Positions 27,875 through 36,701 of a DNA stretch of 64,000 bases are shown piece after piece; position 1 is the stretch's first letter, and each line of letters begins with the position of its first letter. The DNA lies in the IMG/VR virus record IMGVR_UViG_3300044692_000050, positions 1-64,000 of that record; one strand, written 5' to 3'. The notes under the pieces are model-generated. The model did no database searches. It saw only the letters and a list, made by a program, of their open reading frames with translations, and was not told where the DNA came from. A program made the translations under genes and the position numbers. The stretch comes from a virus.

Positions 27875-27958
27875 TTGGTTGCTCCCTTGTGATTTACACT
27901 TGTCGCGTTGCTTCCTTGGCGGTCCCTGGCTGGTGGCACAGCCGGGGCCGCTGTTCTT

Positions 27959-28609
27959 TTAGGCGGCCCAGGACGGCTTACGCAGCCCTCTCCTGGCGCA
28001 TTCATCGGCGATGATCTGCCGCACCTCGATCTCTTTGGCGTCGATGGCCTCCAGGAGTGCTTCGATCTCCTTGGCCGCATATCCGTTCAGCAGGTCGGCG
28101 TTGCTGCCGAGGACGCCCATGTCGAGCAGTTGACGGGCCTTGCGGATCCGCTCAGCATTCTTCGTAACCGCCATTTGGATAGCGGCGCTCCGGGCGACCC
28201 GCGCCCCGATGGCATCCACTGCCGCGTCCCATTCGGCGGCTTCCGCTGACCGCTTCGCCGATCCTGATGCCCTCGCGGCTGGCACTGGAGTGGGCAGGGG
28301 TTCCGGTTCTGTTATCGCCGTGAACGGCAGCCCTTCCGCCTTCTCGACTACGGCGGCGTAGGTGATGCCCGAGTAGTACTCCTGCCCGGCCACCACGCCG
28401 CCGAGGCTCACGGCGATCTTCTTGAGGGTGCGCTCGTTGGCAAGCCACTCGGCATGCAGCGGAGACAGCCACTCGTCAGCGATGGTGAGACCGAACTTGC
28501 GGGCCATCCCCTTGTGCGCGGTGAGCCGCTGGCCAGTGTTCTGCGTCCGCCCGACCTTCACGCATCCGTTGGAGAAGCCGAGGACGTAGACGTGGCCAGC
28601 GCGGTTCAC
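27959..28609 (-). CDS. GIY-YIG/T5orf172-like protein (possible antirepressor-associated)
   Basis: GHVYVLGFSNGCVKVGRT...RL..H...E. Confidence 0.7.
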   Translation of the reverse strand: MNRAGHVYVLGFSNGCVKVGRTQNTGQRLTAHKGMARKFGLTIADEWLSPLHAEWLANERTLKKIAVSLGGVVAGQEYYSGITYAAVVEKAEGLPFTAITEPEPLPTPVPAARASGSAKRSAEAAEWDAAVDAIGARVARSAAIQMAVTKNAERIRKARQLLDMGVLGSNADLLNGYAAKEIEALLEAIDAKEIEVRQIIADECARRGLRKPSWAA

Positions 28610-28851
28610 GCCGCTACCTCGTGCCGCTTGCGCTCCAGTACCGGACGGGGGCAGTTCAGCGCCACGGCCATCCGCTTGATCACGGGTGGCGTGGCGTTGC
28701 GGGTGCCCTTCTCGATCTCGCTCATGAGGCTCGGTGAGATGCCGACCAGCCCCGCGAGCTGCTTCTGGGTGAGCCCGGCTTGCTCGCGGGCCCAGGTGAC
28801 GGATTCCGGCTCGTGGTCGAGCGGATCCTTTGGCTTCTTGCGTTCGGGCAT
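28606..28851 (-). CDS. Cro-like XRE HTH protein (leaderless)
   Basis: AREQAGLTQKQLAGLVGISPSLMSEIEKGTRN; TATGCT-N6-ATG. Confidence 0.88.
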   Translation of the reverse strand: MPERKKPKDPLDHEPESVTWAREQAGLTQKQLAGLVGISPSLMSEIEKGTRNATPPVIKRMAVALNCPRPVLERKRHEVAA

Positions 28852-28984
28852 GTCAGCAGCATAGTGCGAAGTGATGCGTACTGCAAGACATACGTGCGTA
28901 CTTCGCATCCGGCCTTGACAGATTCCTTACCTGGTGGACACTCATGGAGGGGCGGACCTCATATGAGTGCGAAGGTGTGCGAAG
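28852..28984. promoter_or_regulatory. Divergent cro/repressor switch with TGCG(A/T)A(G/C) repeats
   Basis: TGCGAAG at 28865, 28968, 28978 and inverted at 28901; TGCGTAC at 28875 and 28895; TTGACA at 28915. Confidence 0.65.
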
Positions 28985-29610
28985 ATTTGACCGTGACCGA
29001 GCTACACGGAACGTCCCCCGAAGGGGCGCTCATCGAAGCCGCGCGCAAGCAAGCGCACGTCTCCATGCGGGAGGCCGCCCGCCGGGCCGGCTTCTCAGAG
29101 GGCTGGTGGCGGCAGATCGTCGGCGGCACCCATGCCCCGGCGGCCACGATCGCCAAGATGGCCCTGGCTGTCGGCGGCATCGAGCCGGAACGCATGACCA
29201 CCGAGGGCCGACGCCCGGACGCCGCCGAGGAGATGCAGCGCGAGCTCGCCGAGGCCGGCCTGCCGGACGACGACGAGGGCATCACGCTGACGCCTCCGGG
29301 CATGTCGCCCGCGTTCGAGGCGGAATACCTCCTCGAATACCAGGCCCTCGGAGCGCGCATCCATGCCCGTGACCGGGCCGAGGCGGACGAAGCCAGGGAA
29401 CAGCGCCGCAAGCCGCGCCGCCTGACCGGGGAGGACTACTTCCCGCTCCACCCTGCCGATCAGCGCAGCTGGAATGACCTGATCAGCCGCGGGCTGTCGC
29501 GCAAGAGCGTGATCAGCATTCTGGCCACGGTCCATGTCCGCCTGGCCGACGAGGCGCAGCAGCAGGACGGCGCGACCGGCTTACGGCTGGTTCACTCACA
29601 CAGCCCGTAG
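28963..29610 (+). CDS. Immunity repressor-like HTH protein
   Basis: LIEAARKQAHVSMREAARRAGFSEGWWRQIVGG; divergent from cro-like gene. Confidence 0.8.
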   Translation: MSAKVCEDLTVTELHGTSPEGALIEAARKQAHVSMREAARRAGFSEGWWRQIVGGTHAPAATIAKMALAVGGIEPERMTTEGRRPDAAEEMQRELAEAGLPDDDEGITLTPPGMSPAFEAEYLLEYQALGARIHARDRAEADEAREQRRKPRRLTGEDYFPLHPADQRSWNDLISRGLSRKSVISILATVHVRLADEAQQQDGATGLRLVHSHSP

Positions 29611-29718
29611 GGCTCCCGTGCTGTCATGCGGGACTGGGGAGTCACTGTGTGATGCACGATAGGTCATATGGGTGATGAGGACGGAGGTCCGTACCGGGCC
29701 TCTTGGGGAGGGAATCAC

Positions 29719-30732
29719 ATGCCGGAGGCAACCAGGCCGCTACCCGCACACAGACCGTCGCTCGGGGATTACCTGGCGGAGATGATCGCGGCAGTCCGTG
29801 ACGGCACTGCGGAGATGAAGGCGGCCCGGCTGGCGTTCGAGCGTGGCGACACGGCCGAGGCGATGGTCGGCACATCCCGTGCAGGGTCGTTCGAGATGAC
29901 GATCGTCAAGGCCCTGGCGTCGGTGCGCGCCTACGTGGGCGCTGAGCAGTACATGCAGCTGATGCGCGAGCAGGTAGCGCAGCAGCGCGAAGCCGAGCGC
30001 CCCCGTTCCCATCGCCGCCGTCCACGCCGCCAGCGTCCCGACAACCCCGGCCTGAAGGCGCTCCCCGCCGTCATCGCCCTGGCCGCGCTATGGAGCCCGT
30101 TAAAGGGTGCCATAGCCGCCAAGAAGGTGGCCATGATCAAGGCCGCCGTAGTCGTGAGCGGCGCTGCCGTAGTGCCCTACGGAGCCTATATCGCGGTGCA
30201 GCCGTACATCCGGCCAGCCCCCGCCCCCCAGGTCCACGCCCGTCACCACGCCACAGCCACGGCCTCAGTGTCCCCTGTGACAGCTTCCCGCGCCCCGTCC
30301 CCGGTCAGGCACCGGCATGCGAGGGTAGCGAGAGCGGTGGTCAACGGGAAAGCTTCGCCGGCGCCGTCCGCGCCGCCCGGCCCGTCGCTGGTGCCGAGCG
30401 TGCCTGTCGTGGCGGTGTCCCCTTCGCCCGAGCCGCTGACGGGGATCATCAACGTCCAGCAGGTGAGCATCGTCCTGCGCCCGTCACCTGAGGATCCCAC
30501 GATGCTCATGGCCGAGATCGACTTCCGGGCAGTCGGCGGTCCCGCGGCCTGGTCGGCGGGGCTGGAGTCCGTTCCCGCTGGTGCCGACCTGTCCCTGTCC
30601 GCTGAGGGCGGGACGCTGGGTCCGGATGATCAGGGGTCGGTGGTCGTGTCGATGCCGCTGGTTCAGGGGCTTCTGGCGGGGTCGGGAGTGGTGGAGGTGT
30701 GCGGGCAGCAGGTCACGGTGTCGTGGCTGTGA
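29719..30732 (+). CDS. Membrane protein with Pro-rich linker and C-terminal beta (Ig/BACON-like) domain
   Basis: TM segments, PSPSP-rich linker, F.A.GGP..WS...LS...GTL.P. Confidence 0.6.
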   Translation: MPEATRPLPAHRPSLGDYLAEMIAAVRDGTAEMKAARLAFERGDTAEAMVGTSRAGSFEMTIVKALASVRAYVGAEQYMQLMREQVAQQREAERPRSHRRRPRRQRPDNPGLKALPAVIALAALWSPLKGAIAAKKVAMIKAAVVVSGAAVVPYGAYIAVQPYIRPAPAPQVHARHHATATASVSPVTASRAPSPVRHRHARVARAVVNGKASPAPSAPPGPSLVPSVPVVAVSPSPEPLTGIINVQQVSIVLRPSPEDPTMLMAEIDFRAVGGPAAWSAGLESVPAGADLSLSAEGGTLGPDDQGSVVVSMPLVQGLLAGSGVVEVCGQQVTVSWL

Positions 30733-30855
30733 GAGTGGCCGTGAAGCACGGATGGCACAGGTCCGGCCGCACGTTGATCTCACTGGTGACCGTCGGCCGC
30801 CCGCATTCGGAGCAGTCCACCGCGAACAGGCGCGGCATCACGCCGTGGTCATGCA

Positions 30856-31089
30856 TCAGGTTCCCTCCCTGCGGGTGAGCGTCACGGGCTCGTCCTCGCT
30901 GCCGCGGTCTTCCCTGCCGTCCCGGTAGGCCCGTGCAAGGGCGTCCCGTACGTCGAGTGCGTCGTCATTGGCGACGACCAGAATGACGGAGCGGTGCCCG
31001 TCGTCGGTGATCTCTACGATCTCGCGGCGGACCTGGCCCGCCTGGGTGAGAAACGTGTCGGTAACTAGTTTGTATTCGCGGCCGGCCAT
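30856..31089 (-). CDS. Hypothetical protein
   Basis: GGGAG RBS. Confidence 0.55.
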   Translation of the reverse strand: MAGREYKLVTDTFLTQAGQVRREIVEITDDGHRSVILVVANDDALDVRDALARAYRDGREDRGSEDEPVTLTRREGT

Positions 31090-31091
31090 CG

Positions 31092-31430
31092 CTAGCTCCC
31101 TGCCTTAGCGGCCCGCTCAGCCGATGCGGAACGCTCAGGGGCGAGAGGGTCGGCGGCCTGGCTCACTGTCCCCGCGTCCAGGATGCCCGCCACCTCGTCC
31201 AGTTCCTCAAGGATGGCGAGCCGCTGGGCGAGTTCGGCCGCGTCCTTGAGGATGGTCTGCGCGTTCAGTGAGCCGAGTCTCTGCCCGTTGTTGAGACGGT
31301 CAAGGACGATGGCGGCGTACTGCCAGATCTCCGTGGCGTTCTTGATGGCGGCCCCGATGTGCCGCTGGCGGAGGTTGTTGAACTGGCGTTCCTGGAAGGT
31401 GTCCAGTCCGGGGATCTTCTGGGCGGTCAT
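31092..31430 (-). CDS. Hypothetical helical protein
   Basis: Coupled to Phd-like gene. Confidence 0.6.
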   Translation of the reverse strand: MTAQKIPGLDTFQERQFNNLRQRHIGAAIKNATEIWQYAAIVLDRLNNGQRLGSLNAQTILKDAAELAQRLAILEELDEVAGILDAGTVSQAADPLAPERSASAERAAKAGS

Positions 31431-31759
31431 GGCTTCTCCTGCGGGGTCTGGGTGATCTCAGGCGCGGCGGCCTTCTTGATCTCGGCTAGCGCCGCCTCAC
31501 CGATAGCGCTGTGCAATTCGCCGATCGGCAGTTCGCTGTCGTCGGGCAGCATGCCGCCGTCCGTGTCGTGGGTGAAGGCGTAGACGCCCTTGTAGACGGC
31601 GTTCGCGTTGCGGTACCAGTCCACGGGGACTACGACGACTGCGGGGGTGTCATAGCGCATGACGGTGACGTGGGCGCCACCGTGCTCAACCTCGTCGAGA
31701 AGGTCTCGGAACCTGCGACGTGCCTCGTCGCTGTGGATGCGCCGTTCGGGAATGCTCAT
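31427..31759 (-). CDS. Phd/YefM antitoxin-like DNA-binding protein
   Basis: EARRRFRDLLDEV...HVTVMRYDTPAVVVVPVDWY. Confidence 0.8.
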   Translation of the reverse strand: MSIPERRIHSDEARRRFRDLLDEVEHGGAHVTVMRYDTPAVVVVPVDWYRNANAVYKGVYAFTHDTDGGMLPDDSELPIGELHSAIGEAALAEIKKAAAPEITQTPQEKP

Positions 31760-32637
31760 GTCATGAGACTAGCACGAGTCGTATGACTCGCAAGGCTTGG
31801 TAACGAACCTGTGACTCGAAAGCTACATCTGCCCGGCGCTGTCCTCTTCGCCATCCCCGCCAGCACCACAGCCGGCCCCTCCGGCTCAAGTGGCTCCGGA
31901 CCCCATCCCCGCACAGGGCTGATCCCTGGTGGCATAACGTCCAGGCCGGCGAAGAAGCTGAGCACCGTCTCGCGCGCATGGTCCCGGTACCCCGTCTCAA
32001 ACGCCACCCCCGTCAGCCCGTCCGGCATCTCCCGGTGCAGCACCGAGCACAAAGCCAGCCACGACCCCGCCGGCAGCCTCGCCGCGTACCCGCCGATCAC
32101 TTCCCGTGCCCGGTCCGCGCACATGTACTGCACCAGCGGGCCGGTGAGCAGCAGGAACGGCCGGGCCACGTCGATGAGGTTCCGCACGTCCGTGTTCCCC
32201 AGCACCGCGTCCGGGTCGGCCGGGTCTGCACATGCCACGGTCACGTGCCCGGCGGTGGCGGTCATCAGCTTCGCGGCGGGCACGCTCAAGGGATCGGCCA
32301 GGACGTAGGCGACCCGGGACCTCGGTGCGGCGGCATGCACCGGCACCAGCGGAGGGCACCCCTCGGGCTCGTACCGGCACGGCAGCGAAGGGGTCAGGCA
32401 GATCACCTGCCGCACCCCCTCATGGCCCAGCCAGTTCGCGGCCCGCGTGTCGAACAGCCGGACCCTGGCCGCTCGTTCCGCCGGGGCGCACATCTGCCCG
32501 TCCGGCGGCCGGCCGTACGCCGCCTTGACCCGCTCGGCGAGGTCCCGGTCCGACGCGTAGGAGTCCGTCCCGCCGAGCAGGTAGTCGACGACTCTGGCCA
32601 GGTCCGGCTTCAGGTCCGTGAGCAGTTCGGTGGCCAT
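31756..32637 (-). CDS. Actinomycete SAM methyltransferase (Methyltransf_19-like), divergent
   Basis: ARVVDYLLGG.D.Y..DR, GVRQ, RVAYV..DP, LPAGSWLAL, FFAGL...PPG; SAM-binding loop atypical (CLTPSLP). Confidence 0.75.
   Translation of the reverse strand: MATELLTDLKPDLARVVDYLLGGTDSYASDRDLAERVKAAYGRPPDGQMCAPAERAARVRLFDTRAANWLGHEGVRQVICLTPSLPCRYEPEGCPPLVPVHAAAPRSRVAYVLADPLSVPAAKLMTATAGHVTVACADPADPDAVLGNTDVRNLIDVARPFLLLTGPLVQYMCADRAREVIGGYAARLPAGSWLALCSVLHREMPDGLTGVAFETGYRDHARETVLSFFAGLDVMPPGISPVRGWGPEPLEPEGPAVVLAGMAKRTAPGRCSFRVTGSLPSLASHTTRASLMT
31760..31793 (-). promoter_or_regulatory. Leaderless promoter with palindromic operator
   Basis: TAGTCT-N6-ATG; CGAGTC-GTAT-GACTCG at 31775-31790. Confidence 0.7.
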
Positions 32638-33029
32638 GGGCGTGCCCCTTCCTCGTCGCTGATGTCCGAGGCCCAGGCCGCCTTCACTGATGTCTGACTC
32701 CCCGTGCCCGGTCCCGGTGCGGCGCTCACAGCGGGTGCCCTCACGGCGGCCCGGGATGGAATGGGGAGCATCGCAGGCCGTGTCTCGTGAACCCGCCGTT
32801 TCTGATCACGCACCGGGACCGGTGCTCTAGCGGGCCGTACCGGATGCGGGTTTCCCTCCCGGCGCGCGGGGCGGGGGAGCGGCTGTCGCGGCAACCTGCC
32901 GCGGTTTCGCTGTCCCCGCGCGCCCTTCCGGCACGGCCCGGCTTGAAGCGCGGCAGCCCGCTCTCGAGGTGGACACCCTGACGGGGGGGAGGTCAGTAGC
33001 GCCCGCGGGCCGCCGCGCAGAACTAGACG

Positions 33030-33275
33030 CTACCCACTATCAGGGTCCGGTGACGCAAAGTACTCGTCGCCCTTGTTCAGCGCGTCGCCGAGCTCGGCCG
33101 CGTCGTACATGACGCTGCCCGATTCGTACGGGAACCATACGATCCACCGGTCCCCGTCAGGGGTGATGGACGCGCCGTGGTCGCGCTCGAAGCGTTCCTT
33201 GCGGAGCTTCAGCCCGGCAGGGATCAGCACTAACGCGGGACTGGGCACCAGGTACAGGTGCCGGGTGCCGCTCAC
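33030..33275 (-). CDS. Hypothetical protein
   Basis: GTGA-coupled. Confidence 0.55.
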   Translation of the reverse strand: MSGTRHLYLVPSPALVLIPAGLKLRKERFERDHGASITPDGDRWIVWFPYESGSVMYDAAELGDALNKGDEYFASPDPDSG

Positions 33276-33508
33276 CGCATGCCCAGCCGGGCGATGAACT
33301 GGCGGACCAGGCCGTCCGCTGTCTCATCGGTGAGTACGTCGCCGGAGACGCGGTGCATGGCGTGCCACTGGTCGTCTGTGCATCCGATGCCGGAATAGAG
33401 CTCGTCCCAGTGCTCGTGCAGTACGTCGAGCACGTCGTTCACGTCGACTGCGAAGGGATCCGCGCTCCCTCTCAACCCCCCCGCAGCCTTCCCCAAGGCT
33501 GCAGTCAT
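33272..33508 (-). CDS. Hypothetical protein
   Basis: L..HW...Y..I.....W.A..R. Confidence 0.55.
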   Translation of the reverse strand: MTAALGKAAGGLRGSADPFAVDVNDVLDVLHEHWDELYSGIGCTDDQWHAMHRVSGDVLTDETADGLVRQFIARLGMR

Positions 33509-33675
33509 TATCACTCCGTGAGATGTATCGGGTGATGATCAACCGCAGGCTACCGTGCAATTGCACGTCAGCACCACGGGCGTAGTGATCGAATTACCTG
33601 CAGTTAGCGCCGACAGGAGGGGGTGACGCGCCCGGCGTTACCCGTGTTACGGGTGTCCTGTTTGAAAGCGAGACC

Positions 33676-34878
33676 TCAGGTCAGCCCGACGGCTGATTTC
33701 AGCGCCCGCACCTCATCCGTAGGCCGGGTGGCGCCTCGTACCGCGGCACGGGCCAGGTCCCGGAACGGGCCTTGGCTTCGCGCCCACTCAGCTGACACGG
33801 AGTGCGCCTCCAGGAGCGCGAGCACGGCCGACCTCGGGCGCCCCCGGCCCCGGCCCATGTCCATGTACGCCCGCGCCACGTCGAGATGCAGCGCCCCCCA
33901 GGATATGCCGAGGAGATCGGCCCGGCTGACCCGCTGCGCGGCCTTCACGGCCTCCTGGGAGCGTCCCAGCACCGTGTCCGTGTGCGCCCGCTGCATATTC
34001 ACCTGGCTGGGTCCGTGGCTGACGTTGTAGTCGTGCCGGTCCCCCTCGGTGTACTGCAGGGCCGTGACCGACGCCTCGGCCAGGTAGTCCCGCACCGCGT
34101 CCGCGCGCCCCGCTGCGGCGGCCGGGGCGGCGGCGGACATCAGGAGCGCGCCGTGGACGGTGAGATGCTCCATGGACACCCGGCCCGGCGGGCGGATCGC
34201 GTCGGCCATCTGCGCGGCCACCCGCTCGGCCTTGTCCAGCCTGCCCTGGTGAAGCAGGATCCAGCTGAGCGTGCCGGCGAGGGTGGCGTGCTGCAGCGGG
34301 TCGTCGCACTCGTAGGCGACCGTGATGGCCCGCCGCGCCGCGGCGAACGCGAGATCGTCGTTACCGACGTGGACCAGGACGTCCGCGGCGAGCTGCAGCG
34401 CCTGGGCGAGCGGCTTGCGCGCCGCCGCGCCATCCTCCCGGACGGCTGCGCGCCCGGCGCTGATGACCGGCGGGAGCAGCGTGGCCAGCAGCCCGAACCG
34501 GCCCGACCAGTACAGCCCCCACCCGAACTCCACGTCCCGCTCAAGCTGGCTCACGGGCGCCGGGATAGCCTCGTCTTCGCCGAGGTCCATGCCGGGGATG
34601 TCGCCGACGGACAGCAGGGCATCCCGCAGAGCCAGGATGCCGTGGTCCCGGTCGCTGCGGTCGAGCCGCTCCCCCCGGTCCAGGAGCCGGCCCGGCTCGA
34701 CGGTGAGCGCGGCGGCGATCCGCATGATGAGCTGGCAGCCGGGCAGCCGCTCCCCCCGCTCGATCTGGGAGATGTACCCGGCGCTGGTGCCCGCCGCGTG
34801 GGCGAGGGCTTCCTGGCTCATGCCGCGCTCGCGGCGCAGCTCGCCTATGCGATCACCGACGGACAGCGTAGAATCCAT
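33676..34878 (-). CDS. XRE HTH regulator with long helical (TPR-like) C-terminus
   Basis: IGELRRERGMSQEALAHAAGTSAGYISQIERGER; ~400 aa actinomycete type; GAAGGAGG RBS. Confidence 0.9.
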   Translation of the reverse strand: MDSTLSVGDRIGELRRERGMSQEALAHAAGTSAGYISQIERGERLPGCQLIMRIAAALTVEPGRLLDRGERLDRSDRDHGILALRDALLSVGDIPGMDLGEDEAIPAPVSQLERDVEFGWGLYWSGRFGLLATLLPPVISAGRAAVREDGAAARKPLAQALQLAADVLVHVGNDDLAFAAARRAITVAYECDDPLQHATLAGTLSWILLHQGRLDKAERVAAQMADAIRPPGRVSMEHLTVHGALLMSAAAPAAAAGRADAVRDYLAEASVTALQYTEGDRHDYNVSHGPSQVNMQRAHTDTVLGRSQEAVKAAQRVSRADLLGISWGALHLDVARAYMDMGRGRGRPRSAVLALLEAHSVSAEWARSQGPFRDLARAAVRGATRPTDEVRALKSAVGLT

Positions 34879-35258
34879 GATCAAGGCCTCCTTCTCCTGC
34901 GGATCTCGACAATCTCAGGATAGGGAGGCCTCGGCATTTCCGCACGTCGCAGAACGAATCAAGAATGCACGTATGTACACTAAGCGATGCTTTGCGCGTT
35001 TGGCGTTATTAATTCGGCCGCCGTTTACCCGTGCGCTGCATCGTGCGCGAGAGGCATCTCCGGCGTGGCCTGCGCCTCGCCTGCGGGGTCGGGGATCTCC
35101 GGGGCCCGCGGGTTCAGGAACCTGCCATCGCCGGCGCAGGTGCACACCCTGAGCACGTCCCGCTTCGGCACGTCACCCGACCTCGCGGGACAGGTGAGGT
35201 CATGCAACGGGCGCCAGGTATCTGCCATGCCACGCACGGTAAGGCCGGGCGCCGACAT

Positions 35259-35504
35259 TCAGCCTTCCGTCAGCCCCAGCACTTCCGCCACCCCGGGGGC
35301 CATCACGACCGCATGATCCCCTCCGGGCGCCCGGTACACGCCCCAGCCGGGTTCCAGCCGCTCCGTACGGTCATAGCCGCAGACGAGGACACAGCCGTGC
35401 TCGCGGCCCGCGGCCTGGTCCCCGGCGATGGCCTCGATCTCGGCCTCGTCGTGGATGCCGGCGATTGCGTAGTCCAGGTCAAGCTCAACATGCTTGCGGG
35501 GCAT
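35259..35504 (-). CDS. Hypothetical protein
   Basis: CATGCT-N6-ATG leaderless start. Confidence 0.55.
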   Translation of the reverse strand: MPRKHVELDLDYAIAGIHDEAEIEAIAGDQAAGREHGCVLVCGYDRTERLEPGWGVYRAPGGDHAVVMAPGVAEVLGLTEG

Positions 35505-35797
35505 GTTCCAAGCATGACAGAGTCCCGCCGCGCCCGCCGCCTGACGCGCCCGGCTACTGGTCCGTGCCTCCTATCGCCAGGATGGCGGCGAAGATAAGGA
35601 TCGCCAGGATGCCAGCGAAGAGGGCTGCGGGGTTCACAGCCTCACCCCTTCCGCCCCGTGCTCTGCGTCCCACTCGGCGTCACGCCTGACCTCAGCCCTT
35701 GCCTGGTCCCTCATCCCACGGAGGACCCAGCCCCCGGCGAAGCAGACTGCGGCGATGACGGCTATGGCAGCGAGGGAGGAGATGAAGGCGGCGGCGC

Positions 35798-36229
35798 TCA
35801 TACTCCCGGCCCCCTGTGCCCGTTGAGGCAGACGAACTCCAGCATGACCGCGCCCGGCTCCAGCTCGGACCGGGCCGTGTCGCGGGGAGCGCCGCAGGTC
35901 TGGCACGTGCCGTAGATGGCGGCCTTGCGCGCCTGCTCAGGAGTCCAGTCGCCGGGGCAGGAACTGACGACGGGCGCGGTCGCGGGGTGACCGGCGGCAA
36001 GCCGTGCCCGGTTCTTGCGGCTGTCCGTGACGATCAGCTCGGTCACCTCGCGGTCACGTTGCAGGCGGGTGCAGACTTCCGCGAGGTGCGGGTCGCATGC
36101 CCAGGAGATAACCACGTCACCCCGGCGCATGATGTACCAGTGAGGGTCGGTGGCGTCGCATACCTCGCAGCAATAGGCGTAGCCGTGGCCGGTTGGTGCG
36201 GTCTCGGGTGTGGCGGTGATCTCGGTCAT
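35798..36229 (-). CDS. Zn-finger hypothetical protein
   Basis: CEVC...C..H; CQTC...C..GH; AGGAG RBS. Confidence 0.6.
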   Translation of the reverse strand: MTEITATPETAPTGHGYAYCCEVCDATDPHWYIMRRGDVVISWACDPHLAEVCTRLQRDREVTELIVTDSRKNRARLAAGHPATAPVVSSCPGDWTPEQARKAAIYGTCQTCGAPRDTARSELEPGAVMLEFVCLNGHRGPGV

Positions 36230-36442
36230 GGCGGTCTCCTAAGCCTCGTCGCCGGGATCGGGGCAGCTGGCGCACGGCTCGCAGCCGAGAAACAGCGTCT
36301 CGTAGCGGCATTCCCCGGCCCGCGAGTCCCAGAAGTAGCAGGTCTCCCGCGTGTCCTCCGGTCCTTCGTCGTCCGCCTCGTCGTCAAGGGTGCTATGGCT
36401 GTCGGTCATGGTCGGGTCTCCTGTTCCTGGTGTTTAGGCGGG

Positions 36443-36661
36443 TCAGTTGAAGCCCTCGATGTAGCGCCGGAGGCTTCCCGGCTGGCTGAAGTGACCGCCT
36501 GTGGCCAGCATGTACATCAGCTGGACGCCAGAGTGACCCGCCGTGTCCGGGTGCTTGTTCAGGTCCGAGGTCAGCGAGGCGATGGCGTTGGCCATCTCGC
36601 CCCGGTCGGCGTATTCCAGGGCGCGGTCCTTGGCCCACTTCAGGTGCTCATCTCGGTTCAT
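36443..36661 (-). CDS. Conserved small phage protein
   Basis: MNRDEHLKWAKDRALEY...A.ASL.SDL.KHPDT..H...IEGFN. Confidence 0.7.
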   Translation of the reverse strand: MNRDEHLKWAKDRALEYADRGEMANAIASLTSDLNKHPDTAGHSGVQLMYMLATGGHFSQPGSLRRYIEGFN

Positions 36662-36701
36662 GGTTCCCCCCAGGGATAGGTGATGGATTTAGGCGGCGGC
36701 A

